In this document: one piece after another, positions 49,450 through 60,235 of the stretch
Numbering within the stretch: position 1 is the stretch's first letter
How the letters are laid out: each line of letters opens with the position of its first letter
IMG/VR virus record: IMGVR_UViG_3300009868_000001
Span: 32,001-96,000 of that record
Reading direction: 5' to 3' (one strand)
Source: a virus
Lineage: Duplodnaviria > Caudoviricetes
Length of the DNA stretch: 64,000 nucleotides
Program-made: the position numbers and the translations under genes
The notes under the pieces: model-generated
Told to the model about the DNA's origin: nothing
Database searches by the model: none
Seen by the model: the letters and a program-made list of their open reading frames with translations, nothing else

Positions 49450-49478
49450 TAAACCAGGTTTAAGTAAGTTTGTATAAC
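49450..49478 (+). promoter_or_regulatory. Putative early/middle promoter TAAAC-N17-GTATAAC
   Basis: Recurrent motif upstream of the polymerase C-subunit/primase genes. Confidence 0.55.
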
Positions 49479-49485
49479 TTTTCAT

Positions 49486-50958
49486 ATGGAAGATATTAAA
49501 CAACAAATTAAGAAACTCGATCTTAAACAAAACGCCATTAAAATCTTGATTAATGCGTTCTATGGTGCATTTGGTAACAAATACTTTTATTTTCATAATT
49601 TAGATATAGCTCAGTCCATTACTCTACAGGGACAGGACATGATTAAGTTTACAATCACAGCCGTAAACCATTTCTTTAGAAACAAGTGGCATTTAGATAC
49701 TGAACTTCATAAGATATTGGGAATTGACGGTTATGAAATACAACAGATAAACGAGGATTGTGCAATCTATACTGACACAGACTCCATATATGTTTATTTC
49801 TATCCGGCTTTAAAATCAGTAGTCGGTCTTCCACCGATGACCGAGGAAGAGAAACTAAAATTTTGTCTGGCGGTCAATGACAATCGACTTGCACAATATT
49901 TTAATGAAGTGTTCCAAAAATACGGTAAACACTTTAACACTAAAAACCGTCAGGACTTTAAACTGGAAAACCTTTCTAAATATGCAATCTGGTTAAAAAA
50001 GAAGAACTATATTCTTAAAGTAGCAGCAAAAGGCAACCAGCTTTTAGGAAAAGACAAGGAATACCTAATCGTTAAGGGTCTTGAAAATGTAAAATCATCT
50101 TGGCCTGTTTGGGCAAGGACTCATCTTCAAGCATTAGACGAAATCATACTTCAAAGAGGCCCTGACCTTGATATCGAGAACGAATTGGTTCCAACCCTTA
50201 AAATGCTAAGGGATGAGATGGAGACTCTTGAAGTAGACCAAATCGCTCAAAACTTTAACTTAAATGAATATGATAAGTATGTAGTCAGTGATTATCCTCT
50301 GATTCTTGAAAAAGGAATTCCAATTAACTCACGAGCAGCCTCATATCATAACTACATGCTCAAACACAGTCGAAGCCAAAAATACAATCCGGTTCGATCA
50401 GGCAGTAAGATTAAAATGTATCGTGTGGATCACACTAAGCATTCTCTTCCTGACCTTGATCCGGAGAAGCATCCATTAGACATTTTCGCGTATTCACCTG
50501 GTTCTTTTCCAAAAGAATTTGCTCCTGAGATAGACAGAAAAAAACAGTTCTTCATATTAATAGTTGAACCTGTAAACCGTCTTTTGACCGCAATGAAGAT
50601 GACTGAACTTGATGAAGATTTAAAACGAAATGTCAAGCTTCAACATACAAAATCTAAAAAGATTAAACCAGCGGAAGACTGGTATCCGGTAACCGTTGTG
50701 AATTCTGAGACATATGAAACTACTGAGATGCCTGAACACCTATCTCAAATATTAGTCAATGCATCCTTAAACCAAACTCCTATTGATATTCCAGACGAAT
50801 ACTTCTCTGAATATCTATCATACATCTCAAAATACGGTCTCAATACTGTGTTAGTTCCTAGGTTTGACTTGGAAAAGCAAATAAAGAAAATGAAGGACAA
50901 AAAGGCAAGAGCCCTTGCCAAAGAAAACGAGGAGACTGAAGCTGAAACTGAAGAATAG
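49486..50958 (+). CDS. Family-B DNA polymerase, C-terminal subunit (motifs B and C, thumb)
   Basis: KQNAIKILINAFYG, AQSITLQGQ, YTDTDS, KKKNY, KGLE, KSS. Confidence 0.92.
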   Translation: MEDIKQQIKKLDLKQNAIKILINAFYGAFGNKYFYFHNLDIAQSITLQGQDMIKFTITAVNHFFRNKWHLDTELHKILGIDGYEIQQINEDCAIYTDTDSIYVYFYPALKSVVGLPPMTEEEKLKFCLAVNDNRLAQYFNEVFQKYGKHFNTKNRQDFKLENLSKYAIWLKKKNYILKVAAKGNQLLGKDKEYLIVKGLENVKSSWPVWARTHLQALDEIILQRGPDLDIENELVPTLKMLRDEMETLEVDQIAQNFNLNEYDKYVVSDYPLILEKGIPINSRAASYHNYMLKHSRSQKYNPVRSGSKIKMYRVDHTKHSLPDLDPEKHPLDIFAYSPGSFPKEFAPEIDRKKQFFILIVEPVNRLLTAMKMTELDEDLKRNVKLQHTKSKKIKPAEDWYPVTVVNSETYETTEMPEHLSQILVNASLNQTPIDIPDEYFSEYLSYISKYGLNTVLVPRFDLEKQIKKMKDKKARALAKENEETEAETEE

Positions 50959-50978
50959 TTTAAGGTAAAAGGATATAG

Positions 50979-52094
50979 ATGAAACGAGAAGACATCATAT
51001 CATTTGTTCAGGAAATACTCAGACACAGATTTCCAGGTAACCTTGAAAAACAGAAGATTGAAGAAAACGACGAAAAGCTTGTCATTTCTTGTCCTTTCTG
51101 TGGAGACTCAGAAGTTAAGTCTTCGAAGAAGAGAGGTAACCTTTGGTTTGATTCCAAATCATATAAGTGTTTTAATGGCGGATGTCTTGTATGGATGCCT
51201 CTTGAAAAACTATTCTTAACATTTAGTCGTAAGTATCATATACACTTACCTGATATCGAGGTTACAAAGAGGGACAAATCAGAGAAAATTAAAGTCAAGA
51301 GTCATAATCCTCTTCTTCGGTTTATGTCATCTAACCTCAACCTTGTTAAAATCGATGACATATCACGAAGGTTTGGGTTAATTCACAAAGACGGTGTCAT
51401 GAGCGGAACAAATGCTCAAAAGTTTTTAAAGAAAAGAGGACTTGTTGACATTAAGGCTCCAATCTATTTTACACAATCTGATGATTCTGCTTTAATTTTT
51501 AACATTGATGAAAAGACCGGAAAGACTTTGGGTTATGCAATACGAAAGTTTGAAGTCAATCCTAATGCTCCGAAATATGTTTTAAAGTATTATTCTGATA
51601 TCACCAAGATATATTCAGAATTTAAAGTCGATGAAGACCTTGAAAAGGATGCAAACTTTTTAAACAACTATTTTAACGTCCTTAATCTTGATTTTTCAAA
51701 ACCTGTGACTGCTGTTGAAGGTCAAATAGACTCACTATTCATAGATAACTGTCTCGCTACTTCAGGTTTAGGAAAGGTTCATATACTTCTCGACACTGTC
51801 CTTAAAAATAAAAAACAGGTCAGAATACTATTTGACCGAGATAAGGACGGTAAAAAGATGATGATGGAGTTAATGCTGATGGGATATTCTGTCTTTCTTT
51901 GGGACTCATTGGTGACTGATTTGAAAAAGAGGTTTCAGGGTTCTGACGACTTTTTTGCAATAAAAAACATCAAGGACGTAAATGACCTCTATCTCTTCTT
52001 AAAGGAAAGAGATCCTAAGACCACTCGTGATTCCTTTAACTCATATATTTCTAATTTTTTTAGCACATCTACATATGACCTGATTCATCTATAG
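50979..52094 (+). CDS. gp61: DNA primase (gp61-like)
   Basis: Zinc ribbon CPFCGDS...KKRG...CFNGGC; Toprim VEGQIDSLF, FDRD, KDVND. Confidence 0.88.
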   Translation: MKREDIISFVQEILRHRFPGNLEKQKIEENDEKLVISCPFCGDSEVKSSKKRGNLWFDSKSYKCFNGGCLVWMPLEKLFLTFSRKYHIHLPDIEVTKRDKSEKIKVKSHNPLLRFMSSNLNLVKIDDISRRFGLIHKDGVMSGTNAQKFLKKRGLVDIKAPIYFTQSDDSALIFNIDEKTGKTLGYAIRKFEVNPNAPKYVLKYYSDITKIYSEFKVDEDLEKDANFLNNYFNVLNLDFSKPVTAVEGQIDSLFIDNCLATSGLGKVHILLDTVLKNKKQVRILFDRDKDGKKMMMELMLMGYSVFLWDSLVTDLKKRFQGSDDFFAIKNIKDVNDLYLFLKERDPKTTRDSFNSYISNFFSTSTYDLIHL

Positions 52095-52103
52095 ATAAAA
52101 TAG

Positions 52104-52601
52104 ATGAAAAAGAAGCAAGATATTAAAAGCTTTGGTCCTAGAACAACTAAAGTTAGCAAACAAGGATATTTCATCCCTTCTCGACCTGAAAAATATATTG
52201 GAAACCCCAAGATCATTTTTAGGTCTTCATGGGAGTTTAGATTTATGCAATGGTGCGACACTACTCCAACCGTTGTTAGATGGTCGTCTGAACCTATTGG
52301 TATACCATATTTTAATCCACTTGACCGAAAGGTTCATACTTACTTCGTAGATTTTTATGTTGCTTATACTGATTCTGATGGAAATGAAAAGGCCTGGTTG
52401 GTAGAGGTAAAACCGACTAAATACATTCAACATCCAAAGGCACCAGAACGAATGACTGAGAAACAGACGGCAAATTATCTATGGGCAGCCAAACAATACA
52501 TCATAAATAAGGCAAAGTTTGAGGCAGCAAAAGAGTATGCTTCAGGTTTAGGTATAGGGTTCGGTATAATCACTGAAAACTTTTTATTTAATGCCAAGTA
52601 A
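52104..52601 (+). CDS. gp4: Head completion nuclease (gp4, TnsA-like)
   Basis: PEKYIG, RSSWE, WSSE, YFVDF, EVKP, NKAKF. Confidence 0.88.
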   Translation: MKKKQDIKSFGPRTTKVSKQGYFIPSRPEKYIGNPKIIFRSSWEFRFMQWCDTTPTVVRWSSEPIGIPYFNPLDRKVHTYFVDFYVAYTDSDGNEKAWLVEVKPTKYIQHPKAPERMTEKQTANYLWAAKQYIINKAKFEAAKEYASGLGIGFGIITENFLFNAK

Positions 52602-52607
52602 GATATT

Positions 52608-53135
52608 ATGATGGATAGGAACAACCTCATTAAGGGGACCAAATATACTCTTCCTGTTTTTATTGCAGGCCACATCTATTCGTTTGTTTCAAACGAATCG
52701 GTTGATTTAGGCGAGATACCAACACAAAAACAGTTAGATGATCCTAAGGTTGCTCGTAACTTTTTGAGAGACCAGACATATTACGACCAGAGACCAATTG
52801 GTATTCCAATACTTCATGAGTTTCATAGGGACTTTGAGCTTATAATCAATCTTAAAGTTCTTCCAATTGAAGCCAAAAGAAAACTGGTAATTCCTCTAAT
52901 GAAGAGAGGCGAAAAAGAAAACCTCTCAGAAGGCCTCAATCTTAAATCAACAGACAAACATTTAGCTGTATTGACACAAGAAGTAGCAGAGAGGCTTGCT
53001 GGCATTCATCTAGGACCATATTTGAATAAATACTATAGGAGAAACATAATTGACCCTAAACACATTGGATGGGACCAAGCATTAAAGGTCTTTCTAATAG
53101 ATTGGGAGAATGACCCAAACATAAAAAGAAACTAA
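52608..53135 (+). CDS. Possible DNA end-protector (gp2-like)
   Basis: GHIYSF...YYDQRP...INL..LP; lies next to gp4. Confidence 0.45.
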   Translation: MMDRNNLIKGTKYTLPVFIAGHIYSFVSNESVDLGEIPTQKQLDDPKVARNFLRDQTYYDQRPIGIPILHEFHRDFELIINLKVLPIEAKRKLVIPLMKRGEKENLSEGLNLKSTDKHLAVLTQEVAERLAGIHLGPYLNKYYRRNIIDPKHIGWDQALKVFLIDWENDPNIKRN

Positions 53136-53139
53136 TTAA

Positions 53140-54831
53140 ATGGCAGGATTTTTAGATAGATTTGGACCGAACGTCGGTTCTAAAGGAAACTTAAGCAACT
53201 TGAGTAGGATCGGCATGAAGTATGACGACCTTCTCATTAAAAACTCACAGGCAATAGGTTACATTGAGAGCACGTTCCTTCAGAACATGAACGGTAGCGG
53301 TTCGATTGATGCTGTCACTAGGGCAACCCTGGCAATATCTGACACGACTTCTGCTCTTAGGACTAAATCAATAGCCTTCTTTCAGATGGATTATGATACC
53401 AAACGTGAAAGGCTAAGAGATCTTGCGGCAAACGGTGAGATTGAGTTCATTCTTGAGACAATAACAGATGACGTTATTGTTTTTGACAATGACAACCGCT
53501 TTTGCTACCCAAGCGACCTTATAGGCGAAATTAGATATCGTGGTAAAAATAAGGATGAACGTCTCAAATACCAGGAAAAGATAATCAACAAGTATTATGA
53601 AAACTTCGAAAAGGTGTATAATGCTTGGGGGTTCTCAGAAGGAATCTCAGCTTGGCAATACCTTTTCCAATGGTTGATTGAAGGTCACATTGCCTTTGAA
53701 ATCCTGTACGATGACTTAAACAATCCTAAAGAAATAATTGGGTTTAAGGAACTTGACCCATTTTCTCTTTCACCAAGTGTAAAGACCGATCCAAGCGGAA
53801 AAGTTTATCTGGAATGGACACAGATGATAAAGGACAGGAGTCAGGTCAGACGACTGACTGATGCTCAGATCATTTACATCTCATATTCTAATCACTTTAG
53901 AACCAAGAGAATAAGCTTTGTTGAAAGACTGATGAGATCCTTCAATCTTATGCGTGTAATTGAACATAGCAAAGTCATCTGGCACGTAATGAACGCTCCG
54001 ATTCGTCTCACAACGACCGTTCCAGTAGGAACTAAGTCTATCCAAAAGTCTAAAGAAGACGTCAGAGAGTTTGCAAACATGTTAAAAGAAGACATTTATT
54101 TTAATGGAGACTCAGGCGAACTTTTAGTTGAAGGTAAACCAAACATTCTTTTCTATAAGAACTATGTGTTGCCAGTAAACGATAAAAACGAACAGGTAAA
54201 AATTGAACCTCTTGAATATCCCGGTCCTAACATGTCAGGTTCTGAACTTTTAAAATACTTCCAGGACAAACTCAAGCTTGACTCTAAGATACCTTATTCA
54301 AGGTGGTCAAACGAGACAGGTATGGGAGCATACACAATGAACGCTGAAGGTATAAGCAGGGAAGAGATTCGTTATAACAAGTTTATATCAAGGCTTCGTT
54401 CAGCATTCAAAGAGCTTTTGACTAAGCCATTATACCTTCAAATGTGTCTGGATTTCAAAGAGCTTAAGGATGATTATCGTTTTAAAAACGCAATAGGTCT
54501 TCAATGGTATGACGATAACGTATTTGAAGAAATTAAGAATCAAGAGCTTCTCAATAAGAGGCTTGCAACCATCAACTCCCTTAAATCCGTTACTGACGAT
54601 AAGGGTCAGGCTTACTTCTCTGTTGAATACTTGCTCAAAGAATACTTACATCTTAGTGATGAAGACCTCCGTAAGAACGAGGACTACAAGAAAAAAGGTG
54701 GAGCTAAAGTCGGAGACCAAGAAATTGAGGTTGCTCAACCAGGTCAAGCAGCAGCACCTCCTAAGCCACCAGCAGCAAAGACACCTGGTTCTGAAACAAA
54801 ATCTGAAGTTGGAGGTAAAGGTCAATCTTAA
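53140..54831 (+). CDS. gp20: Portal protein (gp20)
   Basis: EIEFILETITDD, WLIEG, LDP, LMRVIEHSKVIW, YFQDKL...KIPYSR, ISREEIRYNKFISRLR. Confidence 0.9.
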   Translation: MAGFLDRFGPNVGSKGNLSNLSRIGMKYDDLLIKNSQAIGYIESTFLQNMNGSGSIDAVTRATLAISDTTSALRTKSIAFFQMDYDTKRERLRDLAANGEIEFILETITDDVIVFDNDNRFCYPSDLIGEIRYRGKNKDERLKYQEKIINKYYENFEKVYNAWGFSEGISAWQYLFQWLIEGHIAFEILYDDLNNPKEIIGFKELDPFSLSPSVKTDPSGKVYLEWTQMIKDRSQVRRLTDAQIIYISYSNHFRTKRISFVERLMRSFNLMRVIEHSKVIWHVMNAPIRLTTTVPVGTKSIQKSKEDVREFANMLKEDIYFNGDSGELLVEGKPNILFYKNYVLPVNDKNEQVKIEPLEYPGPNMSGSELLKYFQDKLKLDSKIPYSRWSNETGMGAYTMNAEGISREEIRYNKFISRLRSAFKELLTKPLYLQMCLDFKELKDDYRFKNAIGLQWYDDNVFEEIKNQELLNKRLATINSLKSVTDDKGQAYFSVEYLLKEYLHLSDEDLRKNEDYKKKGGAKVGDQEIEVAQPGQAAAPPKPPAAKTPGSETKSEVGGKGQS

Positions 54832-55196
54832 CCAAATAGAACACCAAAGGAACCGAGGGTTCCCATTTTAATATCAACACCTAGGGCGTCTCTGGCATCG
54901 TCGAACTGTAAAAGGAACGGCTTTACTGAGACGCCATACTTTTTAGCAGCGGTCGCATAATCATTTAACTGTGCGGATGCACGACCCTCAATGACATTAG
55001 GGTTTATTGGACCAAGCTCAAAAAGATAGTCTTCAGCGTTAAACCCAAAGTTAGGTTCTCCTAAAACCTCACCTTTGTTTGTAAGAAGAGTCATCTTGGT
55101 CTGATAAATTGCCTCTTCAATCTCATTATGAATCACAGGTAGTCCCTCAACAAAGTTGGGGTCGTCTTGTGCTCTAAAGTAGAAATCGCTTAGCAT
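54828..55196 (-). CDS. gp25: Baseplate wedge subunit (gp25-like)
   Basis: LLTNKGEVLGEPNFG...YLFE. Confidence 0.8.
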   Translation of the reverse strand: MLSDFYFRAQDDPNFVEGLPVIHNEIEEAIYQTKMTLLTNKGEVLGEPNFGFNAEDYLFELGPINPNVIEGRASAQLNDYATAAKKYGVSVKPFLLQFDDARDALGVDIKMGTLGSFGVLFG

Positions 55197-55438
55197 TATA
55201 GGTTTTCGTCTATTAATTTTAGAACCTCTTTCCAGTTATCGACATCGTCATAACCTAATAGGATGGGTTCTCCTTCCTTTCTATAGAACTCTATAAAATA
55301 GTTTCTATATCTGTCTCCTTCATACCATGATTGAACTCCATCATGATTCTCCATCCTTAACTCTAAGTGAAGGCTATCATTTATATAAATCCTTAGGCTG
55401 TAGTAAGTTCTCTCAGCTCTTATGCTAGGTTTAGCCAT
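55196..55438 (-). CDS. Hypothetical protein
   Basis: Coupled ORF between the neck and gp25 genes. Confidence 0.55.
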   Translation of the reverse strand: MAKPSIRAERTYYSLRIYINDSLHLELRMENHDGVQSWYEGDRYRNYFIEFYRKEGEPILLGYDDVDNWKEVLKLIDENL

Positions 55439-55439
55439 A

Positions 55440-56174
55440 TTAGAATCTAACCATATACATCCAGTCAGGAGTGTTCTCTCCTTTTAACATTGTCATAACC
55501 TCTTCAAGTTCCTTGTCTGCTCTAGTTACGACATTTTGATAGTTTATCTTAACATTACCTGGAAGTTGATAATCGAACATTGTCAACAGCTCTCCAAGTC
55601 TTATCTTTGCTTTTGCCCTAACATACCTTTGGAATATTTCATCATCAAACAGGGCTCCCCTATCAATTTTCTTGGCAACTTCAGCGACTGCTCCTGCGTT
55701 TGGTGTCCTACCCTTAACTGTTATCTCATTAGTGTTCTTATTGAAAGTGTAGGCAATTGTATCTATCATAAAACCCTTAGTGAGGTCTAAAAACGAAAAC
55801 ATCACTGTCCTATACATTAGAGATTCTCCCATAAAAGGAGTAAGAAAAATCTCCGAACCCATAAACTTAGTCTCAGTGAAGTCCCTGTCAAACGTTCCAA
55901 ATATGCTTGAACCGCCTGGTTCCCTTAATTGCCAAACAAAATGAACACAATCAGGTAGTTTAATTATCTTGTGTTTCTTGTAATGTTCTGTCTGAAAAAC
56001 TTCCTGAGGAATAAACAGGTATGCTGAGTCTACTGCATGACGATAATTGTCATAAAAATACCTTTCTGCGTTCTTTATAATACGCTTTATTTCTTCGACA
56101 GGTATTGTATATGGCATCGCTCTCGCAAACGTCAATTCATCTGTGATGTCTTTGATTAACTGATCCTCTGTCAT
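55440..56174 (-). CDS. gp13: Neck protein (gp13-like)
   Basis: IKLPDCV, FNKNT, YVRAKAKIRLG, LPGNVKINY. Confidence 0.78.
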   Translation of the reverse strand: MTEDQLIKDITDELTFARAMPYTIPVEEIKRIIKNAERYFYDNYRHAVDSAYLFIPQEVFQTEHYKKHKIIKLPDCVHFVWQLREPGGSSIFGTFDRDFTETKFMGSEIFLTPFMGESLMYRTVMFSFLDLTKGFMIDTIAYTFNKNTNEITVKGRTPNAGAVAEVAKKIDRGALFDDEIFQRYVRAKAKIRLGELLTMFDYQLPGNVKINYQNVVTRADKELEEVMTMLKGENTPDWMYMVRF

Positions 56175-56189
56175 GCTATCTTGTTAGTT

Positions 56190-56927
56190 TTAAGATATTG
56201 GATTAGGCGGTACTGCAGTCGGTTGTGTTGCTTGTGCTGGAACCTGTGTAGGTTGCTGAGCAGGTTGTGCAGGCTGACCTGGCTGTCCTTGTGATGCTTG
56301 CATATTTGTCTTGGCTGCTGCTATCTCGACGTTTGCACGCTGTATGATAAGCTGATTTACCTGTTGTGAAAGTTGGGCTGCCTGTAACTCATGCTGTTTC
56401 TTTTGTTTTTCAAGTTCAGCTATTTGTTTGTCTAGATCTTTGACGGCATCCGCTCCTTGTGCTTCTGTTACGACTTCTGTCTCCACTTCAGGCTTTTTCG
56501 GAAACATAACATCGGTAGGTTCCTCGTTGTCAAGGTCAGTGAATACTGAGTCGAATTCCTGGAGAGAAGACGTTATTCCTTCAGCTATCCTGTCGACTTT
56601 TTCGCTATATGTCTCAAATCCTTTACGATAAAGGTCGGACGAAACTCTTTGAAGTTCGGTCACATTTGATTCCAAATTTCCCTTAACTTGGTCCAGAGTT
56701 ACTTTCATGTCTCCGACTTCAGTGTAGCTTTCGTATGCTGCTTGATTGATTTTAAGGTCTTTGCTCATACCTTGTTTAGAGGTATTGTCTTTCCCTTTTT
56801 CTAATTCATCAACCTTTCCGCCATCTTTCAATGCATTCTTTGGGTCTTGGACCTTGTTTTCTTTAAATGCATTGAAGGTCAATATTTTTGTCCTTTCAGT
56901 CTTTGGAAGTTCAAAAGTATGTTTCAT
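56190..56927 (-). CDS. Late coiled-coil protein with a Q/P-rich tail, probable internal head protein
   Basis: ILTFNAFKE motif; ATAAATA at 56949-56955. Confidence 0.55.
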   Translation of the reverse strand: MKHTFELPKTERTKILTFNAFKENKVQDPKNALKDGGKVDELEKGKDNTSKQGMSKDLKINQAAYESYTEVGDMKVTLDQVKGNLESNVTELQRVSSDLYRKGFETYSEKVDRIAEGITSSLQEFDSVFTDLDNEEPTDVMFPKKPEVETEVVTEAQGADAVKDLDKQIAELEKQKKQHELQAAQLSQQVNQLIIQRANVEIAAAKTNMQASQGQPGQPAQPAQQPTQVPAQATQPTAVPPNPIS

Positions 56928-56980
56928 TATATGTAGACTTCTTTTTTCTATTTATTATTCAGGTTAACTCGTTAAAACAA

Positions 56981-57007
56981 GAAAGGGAACCAAATGGGTT
57001 CCCTTTC
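56981..57007 (-). terminator. Intrinsic terminator after the clp gene
   Basis: GAAAGGGAACC-AAATG-GGTTCCCTTTC. Confidence 0.8.
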
Positions 57008-57032
57008 AAAAATTATCGAAATACTCTATTAA

Positions 57033-59027
57033 TTACACCGACGTTGTTTGTTTGTCCTTGACAATTAGGTTTTCGTTCTTATCGTCAACATCGATGTTTA
57101 GGGTGTCCCCTTCACTAATGTTTCCATCGATGTAGTTTTCAGCAAGTAGATCTTCTAAGTTCTTCTTAATGCTTCGGTTAAGGTGTCTTGCACCAAACTT
57201 TTCATCATATCCTGAATCTATTAAGAAATCTTTAGCTCGGTCGGTTAAGATGAACGAGTATCCATTTTCTTCCGTCATCTTTTTGATGTTTGTTAGTTCT
57301 ATCTCAATAATCTTTCTTAGACTTTCCTTAGATAGGTTATCAAAATAGACTATCTCGTCTATACGATTTATAAACTCCGGAGGAAACTGTTTCATCAATT
57401 CCTTTTTAATTGTCTTCTTTACAGCTTCACCTGTTTCCAATGAACTTGCAGTCTTAAATCCTACACCTGCTCCTAATTCAGATGCCTGGCGTACGCCGAC
57501 ATTTGAAGTCATAATTATAATAGTGTTTCGGAAGTCAATTTTTCTACCAGTCGAATCCACAACTATACCTTCGTCAAATATCCTTAAAAAGTGATTAAAA
57601 ACAGAAGGGTGTGCTTTTTCAATTTCATCAAGCAAAATGACTGAATACGGTTTTCTCTTAACTTTTTCTGAAAGCTCGCCACCATCTTCATAACCAACGT
57701 ATCCTGGAGGTGCACCAAATAACCTTGATGCTGTAAATTGCTCACTATAATCGTTCATATCAATCCTTATTAGAGCATCTTCTGAATCAAATATAAACTT
57801 GGCAATTTGTTTAGCAAGTTCGGTCTTACCTACACCTGTTGGTCCAAGGAATATAAATGTTCCTATAGGTTTTTTGGTCGATTTTAGGCCGGCCCTTGAC
57901 CTATGGATTGCCCGACATACTCTTTCAACTGCGTTTGATTGGCCGACGACATTGTCATTCAGTTCCTTTTTCATGTTACTGAGCTTCTCAATCTCTCCTT
58001 CTTCAATCTTAGAGACCGGAATACCTGTCATTGACGAAATAACTTCGCCGATGTTATGTGCAGTGACGACCGGACGATTTTCATTCTTCATCAGATTTTC
58101 TTTCCACCTATTCGTCTCTTCCTCAAGCACTTTCTTAAGCTCAATTACCTTGTCTCGATATTCGGCTGCAAGTTCATATTTTGACTGTTTGGCAGCCATA
58201 TTTTTTTCTTCAGTAAGAACATTGATTTTGGTCTCAATCTCGCTTATTTCTTCAGGAGTCTTCACTCCTTCTATTTGAACATTAGCACCTGCTTCATCTA
58301 AAAGGTCGATTGCTTTGTCTGGAAGGAAACGTTCAGTTAAATACCTTTCAGATAGAGTGACACATGCGTCAATAGCTTCCTCAGTGTATTTAACTGAGTG
58401 GTGATTTTCATATTTAGGCCTCAGTTTATTAAGGATTACCATAGTTTCAGCAGGAGTCGAAGGATCGACTAATACCTTTTGAAACCTACGATTAAGGGCT
58501 GCATCCTTTTCAATAGACAGACGATACTCATCTAATGTGGTTGCACCTATACATTGAAGCTCACCACTTGACAGTGCAGGCTTTAAAATGTTTGCTGCAT
58601 CCATTGCACCTCCTGCACCTCCTGCACCTATCATCGTGTGTATTTCATCAATAAAGATGATGATGTTAGGGTTGTTTTTTAACTCATGAACCATTTGTTC
58701 GAGACGTTCCTCAAACTGACCACGATACTTTGTTCCAGCAACAACTGATGATAGGTCAAGTGTAATGATTTTCTTATAAAAAAGAATTCGGGGACACGTT
58801 TTACCCACAATCATCTGTGCAAGACCCTCAACGATTGCTGTTTTACCAACACCAGCCTCGCCTACTATAATAGGATTGTTCTTTTTTCTTCTGGCAAGGA
58901 TTTGGCTTAGTCTTTTGACTTCTCTTTCTCTTCCGATGACCGGATCAAGTTTACCCTCTTTTGCTAGCTGGGTTAAGTCCTTCCCGTGATTGTCTAGCAT
59001 GGGTGTTGTGGATTTCTTAGCTGTCAT
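57033..59027 (-). CDS. clpC: ClpC-like double-AAA+ ATPase lacking the N-domain
   Basis: [23 protein letters not shown], a UVR coiled coil, [12 protein letters not shown] and a VGF ClpP-docking loop. Confidence 0.88.
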   Translation of the reverse strand: MTAKKSTTPMLDNHGKDLTQLAKEGKLDPVIGREREVKRLSQILARRKKNNPIIVGEAGVGKTAIVEGLAQMIVGKTCPRILFYKKIITLDLSSVVAGTKYRGQFEERLEQMVHELKNNPNIIIFIDEIHTMIGAGGAGGAMDAANILKPALSSGELQCIGATTLDEYRLSIEKDAALNRRFQKVLVDPSTPAETMVILNKLRPKYENHHSVKYTEEAIDACVTLSERYLTERFLPDKAIDLLDEAGANVQIEGVKTPEEISEIETKINVLTEEKNMAAKQSKYELAAEYRDKVIELKKVLEEETNRWKENLMKNENRPVVTAHNIGEVISSMTGIPVSKIEEGEIEKLSNMKKELNDNVVGQSNAVERVCRAIHRSRAGLKSTKKPIGTFIFLGPTGVGKTELAKQIAKFIFDSEDALIRIDMNDYSEQFTASRLFGAPPGYVGYEDGGELSEKVKRKPYSVILLDEIEKAHPSVFNHFLRIFDEGIVVDSTGRKIDFRNTIIIMTSNVGVRQASELGAGVGFKTASSLETGEAVKKTIKKELMKQFPPEFINRIDEIVYFDNLSKESLRKIIEIELTNIKKMTEENGYSFILTDRAKDFLIDSGYDEKFGARHLNRSIKKNLEDLLAENYIDGNISEGDTLNIDVDDKNENLIVKDKQTTSV

Positions 59028-59428
59028 AACACCTTATTATTTTCTCTTTTTTCCAAGGAATTTGCAATCTTTTCAAGCGAAACTGAAACATTATTTAACA
59101 TTTCCTTTTCCATCTTTCTTCTTCGCATTTCAGTGACCCTATCAAAGATTACGCTTAATTCCTCGGCTGCATCTGTTCCAATTGAGATGTCGTAAAAGTA
59201 TTGGTGATTGCTAATTACGACACTATCAGCATAGATGATGACAAACATCTTGTCATCGCTTGTTTTTATGTATCTTGTGTTGTTTATGGGTGCATAATAA
59301 AGGTCGGTCGTCACGTCTTTTAAGAGTGATTTAACTATTCTTAAAATTCTTTCCTCCCTTGGGTTTATCTTTTGATGGTTCTTTCTAAACTTTAGAAACC
59401 AACGTATTGCTCGGTACTTAATATTCAC
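59024..59428 (-). CDS. Hypothetical protein
   Basis: Coupled to the clp gene. Confidence 0.6.
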   Translation of the reverse strand: MNIKYRAIRWFLKFRKNHQKINPREERILRIVKSLLKDVTTDLYYAPINNTRYIKTSDDKMFVIIYADSVVISNHQYFYDISIGTDAAEELSVIFDRVTEMRRRKMEKEMLNNVSVSLEKIANSLEKRENNKVL

Positions 59429-59459
59429 AAATCACAGTTTATGGAATAAAGATACCCAA

Positions 59460-59669
59460 TTATGCGTCCAACACAATATCATTTTTTACCTTCTGGTCAT
59501 CCAGTACAATCTTTTCAGTCTCTTCCATCACTACTTCAATACATGAACATAGTATCTTAGATAGATCTTCGTCTGTCTGAATCATTCCAACTGAACGAGT
59601 CGTTTTTATTGCATCCATTGCACTTAACGTTGCCTGTTGTGCAAGCTCTTTTCTTTTCGCTTTCTCCAT
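59460..59669 (-). CDS. Small hypothetical protein
   Basis: Clean ORF in the operon orientation. Confidence 0.5.
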   Translation of the reverse strand: MEKAKRKELAQQATLSAMDAIKTTRSVGMIQTDEDLSKILCSCIEVVMEETEKIVLDDQKVKNDIVLDA

Positions 59670-59697
59670 TGTTAGCTATTACTTTAATAACTTTATA

Positions 59698-60168
59698 CTA
59701 AACAAGGAACTTTAAGATTTTGTCTTTTAACCCGGTCTGTTTAATTCCTTCTTTAGTTCTTTTTATATGAATGAAGTTTGGAACTGTTAAAAGTAAATCA
59801 TCAATTGCAACCCATTTTCTATTGGATCCGTTTGTTTTCAACCATTCTATTATCTCAGCACTTCTTGCTCCTTCTAAGTCTAATGAAGTAAACTGTTTAG
59901 AAAAATTACAAGTAACTCCAATTGGTTTCTTTATTACTCCAAAGTATTCAAATATTTGTTTTAATTCTTCAAGGTAGTAATGGTGTCTCCAATCACTAGA
60001 AATGATTATTTCAGCATCAGATAGCTTAAGTATCTTGTTAAGAACCATAACATTATCTTTATCAAACTTAGTGGCACCCCACTTATTATTGTTTGATTGA
60101 CACGCCATCTGGTCTGTCACGATTGGACCATCTAAATCAAGAAAAATGATTGGAGTTGAATTTTCCAT
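59698..60168 (-). CDS. HAD domain protein (Swiss-Army-Knife RNA-repair type)
   Basis: IFLDLDG, ISSDWR, RSAEI, VAIDD. Confidence 0.8.
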   Translation of the reverse strand: MENSTPIIFLDLDGPIVTDQMACQSNNNKWGATKFDKDNVMVLNKILKLSDAEIIISSDWRHHYYLEELKQIFEYFGVIKKPIGVTCNFSKQFTSLDLEGARSAEIIEWLKTNGSNRKWVAIDDLLLTVPNFIHIKRTKEGIKQTGLKDKILKFLV

Positions 60169-60193
60169 ATTACCAATATACTAAAAACGAAAA

Positions 60194-60211
60194 AGGGACC
60201 TATTGGTCCCT
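60194..60211 (-). terminator. Intrinsic terminator
   Basis: AGGGACC-TATT-GGTCCCT with a T-tract on the minus strand. Confidence 0.7.
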
Positions 60212-60235
60212 CTTCAAATTCGTCAACTACTGTCT

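Noticed and set aside
52104-52601. TnsA transposase / mobile element
   Set aside because: The motifs and the position next to the portal gene match the gp4 head-completion nuclease; there is no TnsB and no terminal repeats.
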